The position numbers and the translations under genes are program-made. A stretch of 64,000 nucleotides of DNA from Acidimicrobiales bacterium (GTDB taxonomy: Bacteria > Actinomycetota > Acidimicrobiia > Acidimicrobiales > RAAP-2), in contig JBIOFE010000001.1 of NCBI GenBank assembly GCA_044446745.1, positions 44,759 through 108,758 of the forward strand, written 5' to 3'. The notes under the pieces are model-generated. The model saw nothing but the letters and a program-made list of their open reading frames with translations. It did no database searches and was not told the origin of the DNA. Below, piece by piece: positions 9,156 to 21,431 of the stretch. Position 1 is the first letter of the stretch; each line of letters begins with the position of its first letter.

Positions 9156-10393
9156 CCGGGCGAGGTGGTGGTCGTCGTCGTGCTCGACGACGCCGTGCGC
9201 AGCGACATCGTGAAGAAGTCGCGGCTCCACCACGTGGTGAAGTACCGCGAGGGCGGGCCGATCATCGAGCTCAGCAGGCTGGTGCCGTTACCGCCGTTGA
9301 TCGCGGTGTTCAGGGGACCGGTGTAGGTCGAGTACTGCACCCAGTCGGTGTTGATGTCGAGCTCCATCGCGCGCACCGCCCCGGCGCGCACCAGGACGTT
9401 GGCCAGGTCGCTGATCGAGAGGGCCGGGCCGCCGACGTAGATCAGGGCCCCCGACTGGGTGACGCCGAGGCCCGAGCGCCACACGTTGAAGGTCCCGCCG
9501 AGGGTCTTGCCCCACTTGTTGGTGTTCTGGGCCGCCAGGCCGGCCGCCGCGTGGCCGTTGTCGACGATGAGGTCGAGGTTCTGGCGCACCGACGCGATCT
9601 GGTTGTTCATGGTGAAGTCGCGGCCCCATTTGCCCACCGTCATGGTTCCGTCCTTGAAGATGACCACCGACGCGGCGCCCGCGCGCAGGGGCAGGATCAG
9701 CTTGCCCTGGGTGAGGTAGCCGCCGTTGGCGTCCTGCATCCGGAAGCCGGCGTTGAACGCCACCACCAGGCTCCGCGAGGCCACCGCGCTCACCGGCGCG
9801 GTGAAGCGGAACGGCGCGCCCTGGCCCGGGATCGTCGAGCCGGAGTAGAGCTGGGCGCGCAGCAGCGTGGGGTCCATCCAGGCCACGCCCACCACGTAGC
9901 TGGTGTGCACGGGGTCCGGGCGCACGAAGGCCTCGTAGACCGTCGGCACCCCCTTGGGCGTGCGGCGCCCGACCACGTGCCACACGCCCTCGCCGGGCAG
10001 GGGGTGGGCGGCCGGGGTGGCGATGGTCGTCGGCGGCGCCAAGTGCTCCAGGCCCTGGGAGATGTGGACCGCGGTTGGTCCCGAGCCGAAGGACTTCGGC
10101 GGCGGCGCGCCGCCGGTCTTGGCCGGGTGCAGCCGGTACCACTCGGTCTCGACCCACGTGACCACGCCGCCCAGGCCGTGCTGGCGGCCCCACTCGGCCG
10201 CCCGGGCCTGGAGGGACACCCCGTAGGAGGGGTTGTGCAGCGCGAAGGCCAGGGTCACGCCCAGGTAGCCGCCGAAGGTCAGCGTGAACGCCGCCAGCAG
10301 GACGATCGCGCGGCGCCGCCAGTACACGTAGGCGGGGAGCCGGTGATGCTGCGGAGGACTGGGGGGCCGGTACACCGGACGCGCGAGGTCCAT
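9152..10393 (-). CDS. Membrane-anchored phosphodiester glycosidase (NAGPA-like) family protein
   Basis: N-terminal RRR plus hydrophobic helix, then VAFNAGF, WRSGLG, LIYVGG, GAVRAMELDIN motifs and a Ser/Thr tail. Start uncertain (10393 or 10411). Confidence 0.7.
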   Translation of the reverse strand: MDLARPVYRPPSPPQHHRLPAYVYWRRRAIVLLAAFTLTFGGYLGVTLAFALHNPSYGVSLQARAAEWGRQHGLGGVVTWVETEWYRLHPAKTGGAPPPKSFGSGPTAVHISQGLEHLAPPTTIATPAAHPLPGEGVWHVVGRRTPKGVPTVYEAFVRPDPVHTSYVVGVAWMDPTLLRAQLYSGSTIPGQGAPFRFTAPVSAVASRSLVVAFNAGFRMQDANGGYLTQGKLILPLRAGAASVVIFKDGTMTVGKWGRDFTMNNQIASVRQNLDLIVDNGHAAAGLAAQNTNKWGKTLGGTFNVWRSGLGVTQSGALIYVGGPALSISDLANVLVRAGAVRAMELDINTDWVQYSTYTGPLNTAINGGNGTSLLSSMIGPPSRYFTTWWSRDFFTMSLRTASSSTTTTTTSPG

Positions 10394-10460
10394 GGGTTCA
10401 CAGTCTCGCACGTCGCGCCCGGGGCTCCCTTCCCGGTCAGGGGCAGTTCTTACGAACGAT

Positions 10461-12737
10461 TTATGCGTCGCGCGCGCGACGCAGCGGCGTCATCGCGAGC
10501 ACCAGGTGCTTGACGCCGTGCTCCGCGAAGCGCACCGCCGCGCGCGACCGGGCCCCCTCGCCCTCGACGCTGACGACCTCGCCCGGACCGTAACGGTCGT
10601 GGACCACCCGGTCCCCGACGACCAGCCCGAGCGCCTCCGCGCCGGTGGAGCGCACCGGCGGCGCGGCGCCCGAGCCGAAGGCCCGGCCGGCGGTGAAGTC
10701 GGTGTCGCGTCCCAGGAACCCGTCGTCGAGCTCGACCGGGCGGCGCGGCGGCCGCGCCGCCGACAGGTCGTGGATCAGCTCGGGCGGGATCTCGGTCAGG
10801 AACCGGCTAGGGATGGCGACGGCGTGCTGGCCCCACATCGTGCGGGTCCAGGCGTGGGTGAGGACCAGGTGGCGCATGGCGCGCGTGATGCCCACGTAGC
10901 AGAGCCGGCGCTCCTCTTCGAGCTCGTCGTCGTCGCCCATCGCGCGCCGGTGCGGAAAGACGGTCTCCTCCAGCCCGGCGATCACCACCGCGGGATACTC
11001 GAGGCCCTTGGCGATGTGCAGGGTCATCAGCGACACCGCGCCGGCGCCGCTGTCGAGCTGGTCGGCGTCCGAGATGAGGGCCATTCGCTCGACGAACTCG
11101 AGCAGCGTGTCGTACTGGGCGGCCGCCGAGGCGAGCTCGCCCAGGTTCTCCAAACGCGAGTAGGCCTCGTCGCTGTTCTCGGCGCGCAGCGCGTCGCCCA
11201 TCCCGGTCTCGCGCACGATGGCGTCGATCACCTCGCGCGGCGTGAGGTCGTTGGCCAGGGCGCGCAGCACCTCGAGGAGAAAGCTGAAGCGGTCGGCGCC
11301 GGCCAGGGCCCGCCCGGTGAGCCCGGCCGCGCGACCCTGGGCCGCGGCCTCGGCGAAGGAGAGACCGTGCTCGGCCGCGTAGGCGCCGATCTTGGCCTGC
11401 GCCCCGGCGCCGACCCCGCGCTTGGGCTCGTTGACCACCCGCCGCGCCGAGGCCTCGTCGCGGGGGTTGACGATGAGCCGCGCGTAGGCCAGCGCGGTCT
11501 TAATCTCCCTGCGGTCGTAAAAGCGCATCCCGGACATCACGCGGTAGGGCACGCTCGCGCGCAGCATCTCCTCTTCGAGCACCCGGCTCTGCGCGTTGGT
11601 CCGGTAGAAGATGGCGATCTGGTTCCACTCGAGGTGGTGCTCGGTGCGCAGCCGGCGCAGCTCACTGGCCACCCAGCGGCCCTCCTCGTACTCGTCGCCG
11701 GCGCGGTAGAGCCGGATCCGCTCCCCGGCGTCGCTGACCGTGAAGAGGTGCTTGGCGCGGCGTCCGACGTTCTTGGCGATCACCGCGTTGGCGGCGTCGA
11801 GGATGGTCTGGGTCGAGCGGAAGTTCTGCTCCAGCACCACCACCGCGGCGTCGGGGAAGCGCTGCTCGAACTGGAGGATGTTGCGCACGTCAGCCGCCCG
11901 GAAGCGGTAGATCGACTGGTCGGCGTCCCCGACCACGCACAGGTTGCGGTGCTCGGCGGCCAGCATGATGACCAGTTCGTTCTGCACGCCGTTGGTGTCC
12001 TGGAACTCGTCGACCAGCAGGTGGCGAAAGCGCCGCTGGTAGCCGGCGAGGACGTCGGCGTCGCGGCGCAGCAGCTCGACGGTGTTGACCATCAGGTCGT
12101 CGAAGTCCATCGCGTTGGCCACGCGCAGGCGCTTGGCGTAGAGGCCGTAGATCTCGGCGATGCGCCGGTGCAGCGGGCCGTCGCGGCGCCCCGTCTCGGC
12201 GTACTGCTCGGGCGAGAGCATCTCGTTCTTCGCCGCGGAGATCGCCGCGGCGACACTGCGCGGCGACAGCCGCTTGGTGTCCAGGCCCAGCTCCTTCATG
12301 ATGCGCTCGACCGCGGTCTCCGCGTCGCCGGCGTCGTAGATCGTGAAGCCCCGCTGGTAGCCGAGCACCTCGGCGTGGGCGCGCAGCATCCGCAGGCCGG
12401 CTGAGTGGAAGGTGGAGACCCACATCTGGCTCGCCTCGGCCCCGACGAGGTCGATCACCCGGCGGCGCATCTCGTCGGCCGCCTTGTTGGTGAAGGTGAT
12501 CGCCAGCACCTCCCAGGGGCGCGCGTCGCCGGTCGCCAGCAGGTGGGCGATGCGCCGGGTGAGCACGCGCGTCTTGCCCGAGCCGGCCCCGGCCACCACT
12601 AGCAGCGGCCCCCCGCGGTGCACCACCGCCGCGCGTTGGGGCTCGGTGAGGCCTTCGAGCAGCGAGTCCGGGTCCAGCCCCGGGTCCTGGGGGCGCGGGT
12701 TCCACAGCGACTCGTCGGAGAACGGGTCCCGGGTCAC
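10461..12737 (-). CDS. pcrA: ATP-dependent DNA helicase PcrA/UvrD
   Basis: [66 protein letters not shown]-terminal [11 protein letters not shown] Tudor-like domain. Confidence 0.96.
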   Translation of the reverse strand: MTRDPFSDESLWNPRPQDPGLDPDSLLEGLTEPQRAAVVHRGGPLLVVAGAGSGKTRVLTRRIAHLLATGDARPWEVLAITFTNKAADEMRRRVIDLVGAEASQMWVSTFHSAGLRMLRAHAEVLGYQRGFTIYDAGDAETAVERIMKELGLDTKRLSPRSVAAAISAAKNEMLSPEQYAETGRRDGPLHRRIAEIYGLYAKRLRVANAMDFDDLMVNTVELLRRDADVLAGYQRRFRHLLVDEFQDTNGVQNELVIMLAAEHRNLCVVGDADQSIYRFRAADVRNILQFEQRFPDAAVVVLEQNFRSTQTILDAANAVIAKNVGRRAKHLFTVSDAGERIRLYRAGDEYEEGRWVASELRRLRTEHHLEWNQIAIFYRTNAQSRVLEEEMLRASVPYRVMSGMRFYDRREIKTALAYARLIVNPRDEASARRVVNEPKRGVGAGAQAKIGAYAAEHGLSFAEAAAQGRAAGLTGRALAGADRFSFLLEVLRALANDLTPREVIDAIVRETGMGDALRAENSDEAYSRLENLGELASAAAQYDTLLEFVERMALISDADQLDSGAGAVSLMTLHIAKGLEYPAVVIAGLEETVFPHRRAMGDDDELEEERRLCYVGITRAMRHLVLTHAWTRTMWGQHAVAIPSRFLTEIPPELIHDLSAARPPRRPVELDDGFLGRDTDFTAGRAFGSGAAPPVRSTGAEALGLVVGDRVVHDRYGPGEVVSVEGEGARSRAAVRFAEHGVKHLVLAMTPLRRARDA

Positions 12738-14269
12738 TCCCACTCGATGGTGCCCGGCGGCTTGCTCGTTACGTCGAGCGCCACGCGGTTGACGCCCTCG
12801 ACCTCGCGGATCAGGCGGTTGGCGATCCGCTCGATCACGTCGTGGGGCAGCCGGGCCCAGTCCGCGGTCATGGCGTCGTCACTGGTGACCGCGCGGATGA
12901 TGATCGGGTAGGCGTAGGTGCGCCCGTCGCCCATGACGCCCACCGTACGCACGACCGGTAACACCGCGAAGCTCTGCCAGAGGTCGCGGTACAGCCCGGC
13001 GCGTCTGATCTCGTCGACCACGACGTGGTCGGCCTGGCGCAGGATCTCGGCCCGCTCGCGCGTGACCTCCCCAATGATGCGCACGCCGAGCCCGGGACCC
13101 GGGAAGGGTTGACGCCACACGATCTCCTCGGGCAGGCCCAGCTCCTCGCCGACGCGGCGCACCTCATCCTTGAAGAGCGCGCGCAGCGGCTCGACCAGCT
13201 CGAAGGCCAGGTCCTCGGGCAGGCCCCCGACGTTGTGGTGGCTCTTGATGTTCGCGGCGTGGCCGGAGCCGGACTCGATGACGTCCGGGTAGAGGGTGCC
13301 CTGGACGAGGAAGCGCGGCGGCGCCTCCCGGCCGCCGAGCTCGCGGGCCACCTGCTCGAACTCGCGGATGAACAGCTCGCCGATGACCTTGCGCTTGGCT
13401 TCGGGGTCGGTCAACCCGGCCAGGGCGTCGAAGAACCGGTCCTGGGCCTTCACGTGGATCAGTTCGACCCCGAACTGGCGCGTGAAGGTCGCCTCGATCT
13501 GCTCGCCCTCCCCGAGGCGCATTAGCCCGGTGTCCACGAAGACGCAGGTCAGCTGGCTGCCGACCGCCTTGGTGACCAGCGCCGCCGCGACGGCCGAGTC
13601 GACGCCCCCCGACAAGGCGCAGAGCACCCGCTCGCCGCCCACCTGCGCGCGGATCGCCGCGACCTGATCTTCGATGATCGAGGTGTTCGTCCACGTCGCG
13701 GGCAGGGCGGCCACGTGGTGGAGGAACGCGCCGAGCAACTCGGCGCCGCGCTCGGTGTGGGCGACCTCGGGGTGGAACTGGACGGCGTAGAGCCGGCGCA
13801 GCGGATCCTCCATCGCCGCCACCACGCCGGGCGAGCGCGCGGTCACCGCGAAGCCCGCCGGCACCGCGGCGATGCCGTCGCCGTGGCTCATCCAGCATGT
13901 GGTCGTCGGCCAGTTCTCCATCAGCTGGGACGGGCCGGGCTCGCGGCGTAGCTCGGTGCGCCCGTACTCGCCCGCCCCGGTGTGGGCGACCTCGCCGCCG
14001 AGCTGCTGGGCCATCAGCTGGGCGCCGTAGCAGATGCCCAGCACCGGCACGCCCAGGTCGTAGATCGCCGGGTCGAGCGTCGGCGCCGGGGTGTCGTAGA
14101 CGGACTTCGGGCCGCCGGAGAGGATGATCGCGCCGGGGTCCCGGGCCCGCACCTGGTCGGCGGTGATGTGGGAGGGGACGATCTCGGAGTAGACGTGCGC
14201 CTCGCGCACGCGCCGGGCGATCAGTTGGGCGTACTGCGCCCCGAAGTCAACGACGAGGACGCCGCTCAA
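12734..14269 (-). CDS. guaA: GMP synthase (glutamine-hydrolysing)
   Basis: [63 protein letters not shown]. Confidence 0.98.
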   Translation of the reverse strand: MSGVLVVDFGAQYAQLIARRVREAHVYSEIVPSHITADQVRARDPGAIILSGGPKSVYDTPAPTLDPAIYDLGVPVLGICYGAQLMAQQLGGEVAHTGAGEYGRTELRREPGPSQLMENWPTTTCWMSHGDGIAAVPAGFAVTARSPGVVAAMEDPLRRLYAVQFHPEVAHTERGAELLGAFLHHVAALPATWTNTSIIEDQVAAIRAQVGGERVLCALSGGVDSAVAAALVTKAVGSQLTCVFVDTGLMRLGEGEQIEATFTRQFGVELIHVKAQDRFFDALAGLTDPEAKRKVIGELFIREFEQVARELGGREAPPRFLVQGTLYPDVIESGSGHAANIKSHHNVGGLPEDLAFELVEPLRALFKDEVRRVGEELGLPEEIVWRQPFPGPGLGVRIIGEVTRERAEILRQADHVVVDEIRRAGLYRDLWQSFAVLPVVRTVGVMGDGRTYAYPIIIRAVTSDDAMTADWARLPHDVIERIANRLIREVEGVNRVALDVTSKPPGTIEWE

Positions 14270-15429
14270 TGCCCCATGCCCACGCCCTGGGAGCGCTGCA
14301 TGGCCTTGCCCTCGGTCTGCAGCGACGGGGCGAGCATGATCTCCGCCTTCTGGAACTCCTTGAGGGTCTCGTAGCCGCAGGTGGCCATGGAGGTGCGCAG
14401 CGCGCCGAACAGGTTGAGCCGGCCGTCGTTCTCGTGGGCCGGGCCCAGCAGGATCTCCTGGAGCGTGCCGCGCACCTGGGTGCGCACGCGCGTGCCGCGC
14501 GGCAGGGTCGGGTGGAAGGTTGCCATGCCCCAGTGGAAGCCCCGGGCCGGCGCCTCCACGGCGCTAGTGAGCGGCGAGCCGATCATGACCGCGTCGGCGC
14601 CGCAGGCGATGGCCTTGGCGATGTCCCCGCCGCGGCTCATGCCGCCGTCGGCGATGACGTGGACGTAGACGCCGGTCTCGTCCAGGTGGCGCATGCGCGC
14701 GCCGGCAACGTCGGCGATCGCCGTGGCCTGGGGCACCCCGATGCCCAGGACGCCTCGCGACGTGCAGGCGTTGCCCGGCCCCACGCCGACCAGCACGCCG
14801 GCGGCGCCGGTGCGCATGAGGTGCAGCGCGGCCTGGTAGCTGGCGCAGCCGCCGACGATCGTCGGGATCTCGAAGGCGCGGATGAACTTCTTGAGGTTGA
14901 GCGGCTCGCTGGTCTTGGAGACGTGCTCGGCCGACACGACGGTCCCCTGGATCACCAGGATGTCCAGGCCCGCGTCCGTGATCGTCGGGGCCATCCACTG
15001 CGTGCGCTGGGGCGTCACCGACGCCGCGGTGACCGCGCCGCCGTCCTTCATCTCCTTGATGCGCGCGGCGACCAGCTCGAGCTTGATCGGCTCGAGGTAC
15101 ATCTGCTGCATGCGCGCGGTGGCCTTGTCGTCGTCGAGCTCACGGATCTCGTCGAAGAGCGGCGTGGGATCCTCGTACCGGGTCCACAGACCCTCCAGGT
15201 TGAGGACGCCCAGACCGCCGAGGCGCCCGATCTCGATCGCGGTGGCCGGCGAGACGGCGCCGTCCATCGCCGAACCGAGCATCGGCAGCTCGAACTTGTA
15301 GGCGTCGATCTGCCAGGAGATGTCGACGTCTTCGGGGTCGCGGGTGCGCCGCGAGGGCACGATGGCGATGTCGTCGAAGCCGTAGGCCTGCCGGGCCGAC
15401 TTGTAGATCCCGATCTCCACTTCCGCCAT
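14266..15429 (-). CDS. guaB3: GuaB3-family IMP dehydrogenase-related protein (no CBS subdomain)
   Basis: [66 protein letters not shown]. The TVVSAEHV signature is typical of GuaB3. Confidence 0.9.
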   Translation of the reverse strand: MAEVEIGIYKSARQAYGFDDIAIVPSRRTRDPEDVDISWQIDAYKFELPMLGSAMDGAVSPATAIEIGRLGGLGVLNLEGLWTRYEDPTPLFDEIRELDDDKATARMQQMYLEPIKLELVAARIKEMKDGGAVTAASVTPQRTQWMAPTITDAGLDILVIQGTVVSAEHVSKTSEPLNLKKFIRAFEIPTIVGGCASYQAALHLMRTGAAGVLVGVGPGNACTSRGVLGIGVPQATAIADVAGARMRHLDETGVYVHVIADGGMSRGGDIAKAIACGADAVMIGSPLTSAVEAPARGFHWGMATFHPTLPRGTRVRTQVRGTLQEILLGPAHENDGRLNLFGALRTSMATCGYETLKEFQKAEIMLAPSLQTEGKAMQRSQGVGMGH

Positions 15430-15492
15430 GAGGACCTCCGCGTCCGCACCGCCGTCGGCGACGCTTCGTGAGCTCCAATCTACCGGAGCGTC

Positions 15493-16275
15493 CTAGGCCC
15501 CGAACCCACCGGGCCACGCCACGTCGAGCGCAACGCAGAGCAACTCGCTCAGCACGCGCGCCGTCGCACCCCAGATGAGGTCACCGGGCACCTTGAAGAA
15601 GTCGATCGGCACGAAGCCGTCGCCGTCGGCGCCGGGTCGCCCGTCGCGGCGCCAGCGCTCCTCGACGAAGGCTCCATTGGCCGCCAGGTCGGCCAGCGCC
15701 ACCGTGAAGGCGCGCTCCACCTCGGTGGGGTCGGGCACCAACTGGGGCGGCGCCGCCAGCGTGCCCACCACCGGCCACATCGCCGAGCCGGAGGCGAAGG
15801 TGGCCAGAGGGCTCAGCCAGCCCACCACCGTGACGGCGCCCGGGTCGAGCCGGACCTCCTCGTGGGCCTCGCGCAGGGCCGCGGCCCGCATCGTCTCGCC
15901 GGGGTTGGCGCGCCCGCCGGGCAGGGCGATCTCGAGACGGTGGTGGCGCAGCGCGGCGCTGCGTCGCGTGAGGACGACCCGGGTCTCCCCGTCGGCCTCG
16001 AAGAGGGCCACCAGGACCGCCGACCGCCGCGTGATCTCGCGCGCGATGGCCTCGGCCACCCCGACCAGCTCGCGGGGCTGGTCGGGCGGGTCGCCGCGGC
16101 GACCGGACGCGAGTAGACGCTCGACGACCGTCGCCACGGCGATGTCGCGGCGCGCCGCCGCGGGCAGGCCGGCCCAGGGCGCGGCCGCGCCGGGACGAAT
16201 GTCGCGCGGCTCGGGCAGCCGCTGGGGGTAGACGTGTCCGGCGAAGCGCTCCCCCGGTGGCGAAGGAGGGACCAT
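15493..16275 (-). CDS. Nudix hydrolase, CoA pyrophosphatase-like
   Basis: LTRRSAALRHH..IALPGG followed by the Nudix box GRANPGETMRAAALREAHEEV, and IWGATARVL. Start taken at ATG 16275. Confidence 0.85.
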   Translation of the reverse strand: MVPPSPPGERFAGHVYPQRLPEPRDIRPGAAAPWAGLPAAARRDIAVATVVERLLASGRRGDPPDQPRELVGVAEAIAREITRRSAVLVALFEADGETRVVLTRRSAALRHHRLEIALPGGRANPGETMRAAALREAHEEVRLDPGAVTVVGWLSPLATFASGSAMWPVVGTLAAPPQLVPDPTEVERAFTVALADLAANGAFVEERWRRDGRPGADGDGFVPIDFFKVPGDLIWGATARVLSELLCVALDVAWPGGFGA

Positions 16276-16356
16276 CGAATCTCCCCTAAAGTCGGTCTGG
16301 CCGTTTCGAACGACCCTACCGCCCCCCTCTCGCCGCACCGCTCAGGAGAACCTTCG

Positions 16357-18501
16357 ATGAAGACCCTCGCCCGCTTCGCCGTCCGGCGGCGCTGGTGGAT
16401 GCTCGGGGCGTGGGTCGCGCTCATCATCGGCACCAACGCGGCGTCCCTGGCCGTCGGCTCGGCCTTCTCCAACACCTTCACGCTGCCGGGCACCAACTCC
16501 GAGCACGCCTACGCCCTGCTCTCCACCGCCAAGGGCGCGTCGGGCGACGTCGACGAGATCGTCTTCCAGGCGACGTCGGGCACCGTCGCGTCGCACCGCG
16601 CCGAGATCCAGGGGGTGCTGGCCAAGGTGGCCCGGCTCCCGGTGATCACCTCGGTCTTCTCGCCGTTCTGCACCGGCGCGCACTGTGCCGGGCAGGCCCA
16701 GGTGAGCCGCGACGACAGGATCGCCTACGCCATCGTCCACTTCGCCAAGCCGGGCTTCCGGCTCTCCGACGCCCAGATCCGGTCGGTCGAGGCGGTCGGG
16801 GTGGCCGCGCGCTCGACCAGCCTCAACGTGCAGTTCGGGGGCAACGCCTTCGGCCAGCTCGACTCGCCGCGCGGATCCAAGTACACGGTGTACGGCCTGC
16901 TGGCCACGGCGGTGGTGCTGGTCCTGGCCTTCGGATCGATCTGGGCGATGCTGCTGCCCCTGGGGGTCGCCCTCTTCGCCCTCGGCGTGGCGACGGCCGC
17001 GACCACCCTGCTCAGCCACGGACTGGCCATCGCCCAGTTCGCCCCGATCCTCGGCTCCCTCATCGGGCTGGGCGTGGGGATCGACTACGCCCTCTTCATC
17101 GTCACGCGCAGCCGCCAGGGCCTGCGCCGCGGGTTCAGCGTCGAAGAGGCCGTCGTGACCTCGATCGACACCTCGGGCCGCGCGGTCCTCTTCGCCGGAT
17201 CCACCGTGTGCATCGCGCTGCTCGGCATGCTGTTCCTGCGCCTCAGCTTCTTGAACGGCGTGGCCGTGTCGGCGACCCTCACCGTGGCCATCACGATGCT
17301 GGCCTCGCTGACCCTGCTGCCCTCGCTGCTGGCGTTCCAGAAGTTCCGGGTCCTCAGCCGGCGCGAGCGGCGCGCCCTGGCCGACCACGGCGCCGAGCCC
17401 GCGATGGTCGCCGGCGCCTGGCAGCGCTGGGCCCGCTTCGTGTCGCGCCACCCGCGCACGCTGTCGGCGGTGGCGTTGGCGGCCATCGTGCTGATCGGGC
17501 TGCCCTTCTTCTCACTGCGCCTGGGCAGCTCCGACCAGGGGCTCAACCCGCCTTCGTCGACCACGCGCCAGGCCTACGACCTGCTGGCCACCGGCTTCGG
17601 CCCGGGCTTCAACGGCCCGCTCTCGGTCGTCGCCTCGGTCCACGGCCGCGCCGACGACGCCGCGATGCGCCGGCTGGACGCCGCCCTCGTGGGCCAGCCC
17701 GACGTCGCCTCGGTCGGACCGGTCATCCCCCTCAGCGGGGGCCGCGTTGCGCTCATCACGGTGGTGCCCCGATCCAGCCCCCAGGCGGTGGCGACCACCA
17801 ACCTGATCGACGCGATCCGCAACCGCTACATCCCCGCCGCCACCTCGAGCACCCACACCGCCATCTACGTCGGCGGGCTCACGGCGATCTTCGGCGACTT
17901 CGCCGCCGTGCTCAAGGCCAAGATCCCGCTCTTCGTCGGCGTGATCGTCCTGCTGGGCTGCCTGCTGCTCATGGTGGCCTTCCGCAGCGTGCTGGTGCCG
18001 ATCGTGGCCGCGGCGATGAACCTGCTGGCCGCGGGCGCCTCCTTCGGCCTGGTCGTGGCGGTCTTCCAGTGGGGCTGGGGGTCCTCGCTGATCAACACCG
18101 GGGTCGGGCCGGTCGAGTCGTTCCTGCCGATCATCATGATCGCCATCCTCTTCGGGCTGTCGATGGACTACCAGGTCTTCCTGGTCTCGCGCATGCACGA
18201 GGAGTGGCTCAACACGAACGACAACGAGGAGGCCATCATCCGCGGCCAGACCAACACCGGACGGGTCATCACCGCGGCCGCGCTCATCATGATCTGCGTC
18301 TTCTCGTCCTTCGCCGTCGGCGGCCAGCGCATCATCGCCGAGTTCGGCATCGGCCTGGCCGGCGCGGTCCTGCTCGACGCGTTCATCCTGCGCACGGTGC
18401 TGGTGCCGGCGCTGATGCACTACCTCGGGCGCGCCAACTGGTGGATGCCCCGGTGGCTCGAGCGGGTCGTCCCGCACGTCGCCGTGGAGGCGACCGAGTA
18501 G
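16357..18501 (+). CDS. MMPL/RND-family membrane transporter
   Basis: AGGAG then ATG 16357. IGLGVGIDYALFIVTR, SGRAVLFAG, GFGPGFNGPL, ILFGLSMDYQVFLVSRMHE, GRVITAAALIM, LVPALM..LGRANWW. Confidence 0.92.
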   Translation: MKTLARFAVRRRWWMLGAWVALIIGTNAASLAVGSAFSNTFTLPGTNSEHAYALLSTAKGASGDVDEIVFQATSGTVASHRAEIQGVLAKVARLPVITSVFSPFCTGAHCAGQAQVSRDDRIAYAIVHFAKPGFRLSDAQIRSVEAVGVAARSTSLNVQFGGNAFGQLDSPRGSKYTVYGLLATAVVLVLAFGSIWAMLLPLGVALFALGVATAATTLLSHGLAIAQFAPILGSLIGLGVGIDYALFIVTRSRQGLRRGFSVEEAVVTSIDTSGRAVLFAGSTVCIALLGMLFLRLSFLNGVAVSATLTVAITMLASLTLLPSLLAFQKFRVLSRRERRALADHGAEPAMVAGAWQRWARFVSRHPRTLSAVALAAIVLIGLPFFSLRLGSSDQGLNPPSSTTRQAYDLLATGFGPGFNGPLSVVASVHGRADDAAMRRLDAALVGQPDVASVGPVIPLSGGRVALITVVPRSSPQAVATTNLIDAIRNRYIPAATSSTHTAIYVGGLTAIFGDFAAVLKAKIPLFVGVIVLLGCLLLMVAFRSVLVPIVAAAMNLLAAGASFGLVVAVFQWGWGSSLINTGVGPVESFLPIIMIAILFGLSMDYQVFLVSRMHEEWLNTNDNEEAIIRGQTNTGRVITAAALIMICVFSSFAVGGQRIIAEFGIGLAGAVLLDAFILRTVLVPALMHYLGRANWWMPRWLERVVPHVAVEATE

Positions 18502-18507
18502 GCCGTC

Positions 18508-19125
18508 CTAGCGCGAGCCGCCGGCCGGGTCGCGCGCCAGGCCCACGTAGAAGTCGCCCACCACCTCGGGCGCGAGGTCGACGTAGGCCGAGCCCGAGGT
18601 GATCACCTGGCCGATCGACGCGGCCCAGAAGACGCCCACCAGGGTCTGGGCGTCGAGGTCCTTGAAGATCCACCCGTGCGCCTGGGCGTCGTCGACCAGC
18701 GCCACCCAGCGCGCGAACTGGATGTCGAGCAGCTCGCGGAAGCGCGTGCGCGAGCGCGCGTCGCTCCACACGTCGAGCAGGAGCTTGACGATCCCGCGCT
18801 TCTCGTCGAACTGGCCCGCCGACCAGGCCCGGGCGATGTTCTGGCGGATCGCGGCCCAGAACTCCTCCACGTCCCCGGTGGAGATCGCCGCCTCGGCCCG
18901 CGAGAGGATCTGGTGCAGCGGCTCGGTCAGCGCGAAGTAGTTGGCCATCTGGGCCTCGGCGATGACCTGGACGCGCGACTCGAAGTGGTAGTAGATCGTG
19001 GGGACCCCGACGTGGGCCCGTTCGGCTAAGTCGACGATGCGGAAGTTCTCGCTACCGGCCTCGGCCACCATCTTGGACGCCACCTCGATGATGTGGCTCC
19101 TGGTCAGTGATTCCTTCTTCTCCAC
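18508..19125 (-). CDS. TetR/AcrR-family transcriptional regulator
   Basis: N-terminal HTH TRSHIIEVASKMVAEAGSENFRIVDLAERAHVGVPTIYYHFESR. Confidence 0.88.
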   Translation of the reverse strand: MEKKESLTRSHIIEVASKMVAEAGSENFRIVDLAERAHVGVPTIYYHFESRVQVIAEAQMANYFALTEPLHQILSRAEAAISTGDVEEFWAAIRQNIARAWSAGQFDEKRGIVKLLLDVWSDARSRTRFRELLDIQFARWVALVDDAQAHGWIFKDLDAQTLVGVFWAASIGQVITSGSAYVDLAPEVVGDFYVGLARDPAGGSR

Positions 19126-19251
19126 CCCACACCACTTCTCCTCGCCGCGGACGGGCCGTCGAGCAACGAGACTAGGCGCACCCGTCGCGGCCCCGGTCGG
19201 ATCGGACCGCCGCGAGGCTCCCCATCACGGAGCGCTGCCGGGCGCCAACGA

Positions 19252-19285
19252 CGACGGGGCCGGGCCTCGCGGCCCGGCCCCGTCG
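19252..19285 (-). terminator. Perfect 15-bp stem-loop just after groEL, likely an intrinsic terminator
   Basis: CGACGGGGCCGGGCC-TCGC-GGCCCGGCCCCGTCG, 15 nt downstream of the groEL stop. Confidence 0.8.
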
Positions 19286-19300
19286 CGTCGAACGCGTCGA

Positions 19301-21263
<1,963 letters not shown>

Positions 21264-21284
21264 GATGTTGAGCCTCCTGGGCGA

Positions 21285-21339
21285 TTAGCACTCGGAACTA
21301 GCGACTGCCAATTTAGCAGCCAACCGCGGCGAGTGCCAA
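21285..21339. promoter_or_regulatory. Two tandem CIRCE (HrcA operator) elements overlapping the groES promoter
   Basis: TTAGCACTC-N9-GACTGCCAA (21285-21311) and TTAGCAGCC-N9-GAGTGCCAA (21313-21339) versus consensus TTAGCACTC-N9-GAGTGCTAA. On the minus strand TTGGCA-N18-TAAATT forms -35/-10. Confidence 0.9.
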
Positions 21340-21389
21340 CCCCGTTCACCGGCCCTCCGTATGCTGAGGGCGACCCGGAAAGGAGCGCG

Positions 21390-21431
21390 ATGACCACGGT
21401 CCCGGCCCCTGGGGACGCGCCACTGCGTTGA
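21390..21431 (+). CDS. Candidate 13-aa upstream ORF (MTTVPAPGDAPLR) coupled to the MFS gene
   Basis: GGAAAGGAG RBS before ATG 21390. Its TGA (21429-31) overlaps the MFS TTG (21428-30). TATGCT -10 at 21360-65. Confidence 0.4.
   Translation: MTTVPAPGDAPLR

Noticed and set aside
15430-15492. Purine or ZTP riboswitch ahead of guaB3-guaA (or of purN-purH)
   Set aside because: The predicted guaB3 leader is about 45 nt with one small hairpin, and purN/purH have essentially no intergenic space.
15880-15990. Deviations in the Nudix box (EEVRL for EExGL) and CoAse motif (HRLE for HxGQ/E)
   Set aside because: The catalytic REUxEE residues are intact, so there is not enough to call a pseudogene or new specificity.
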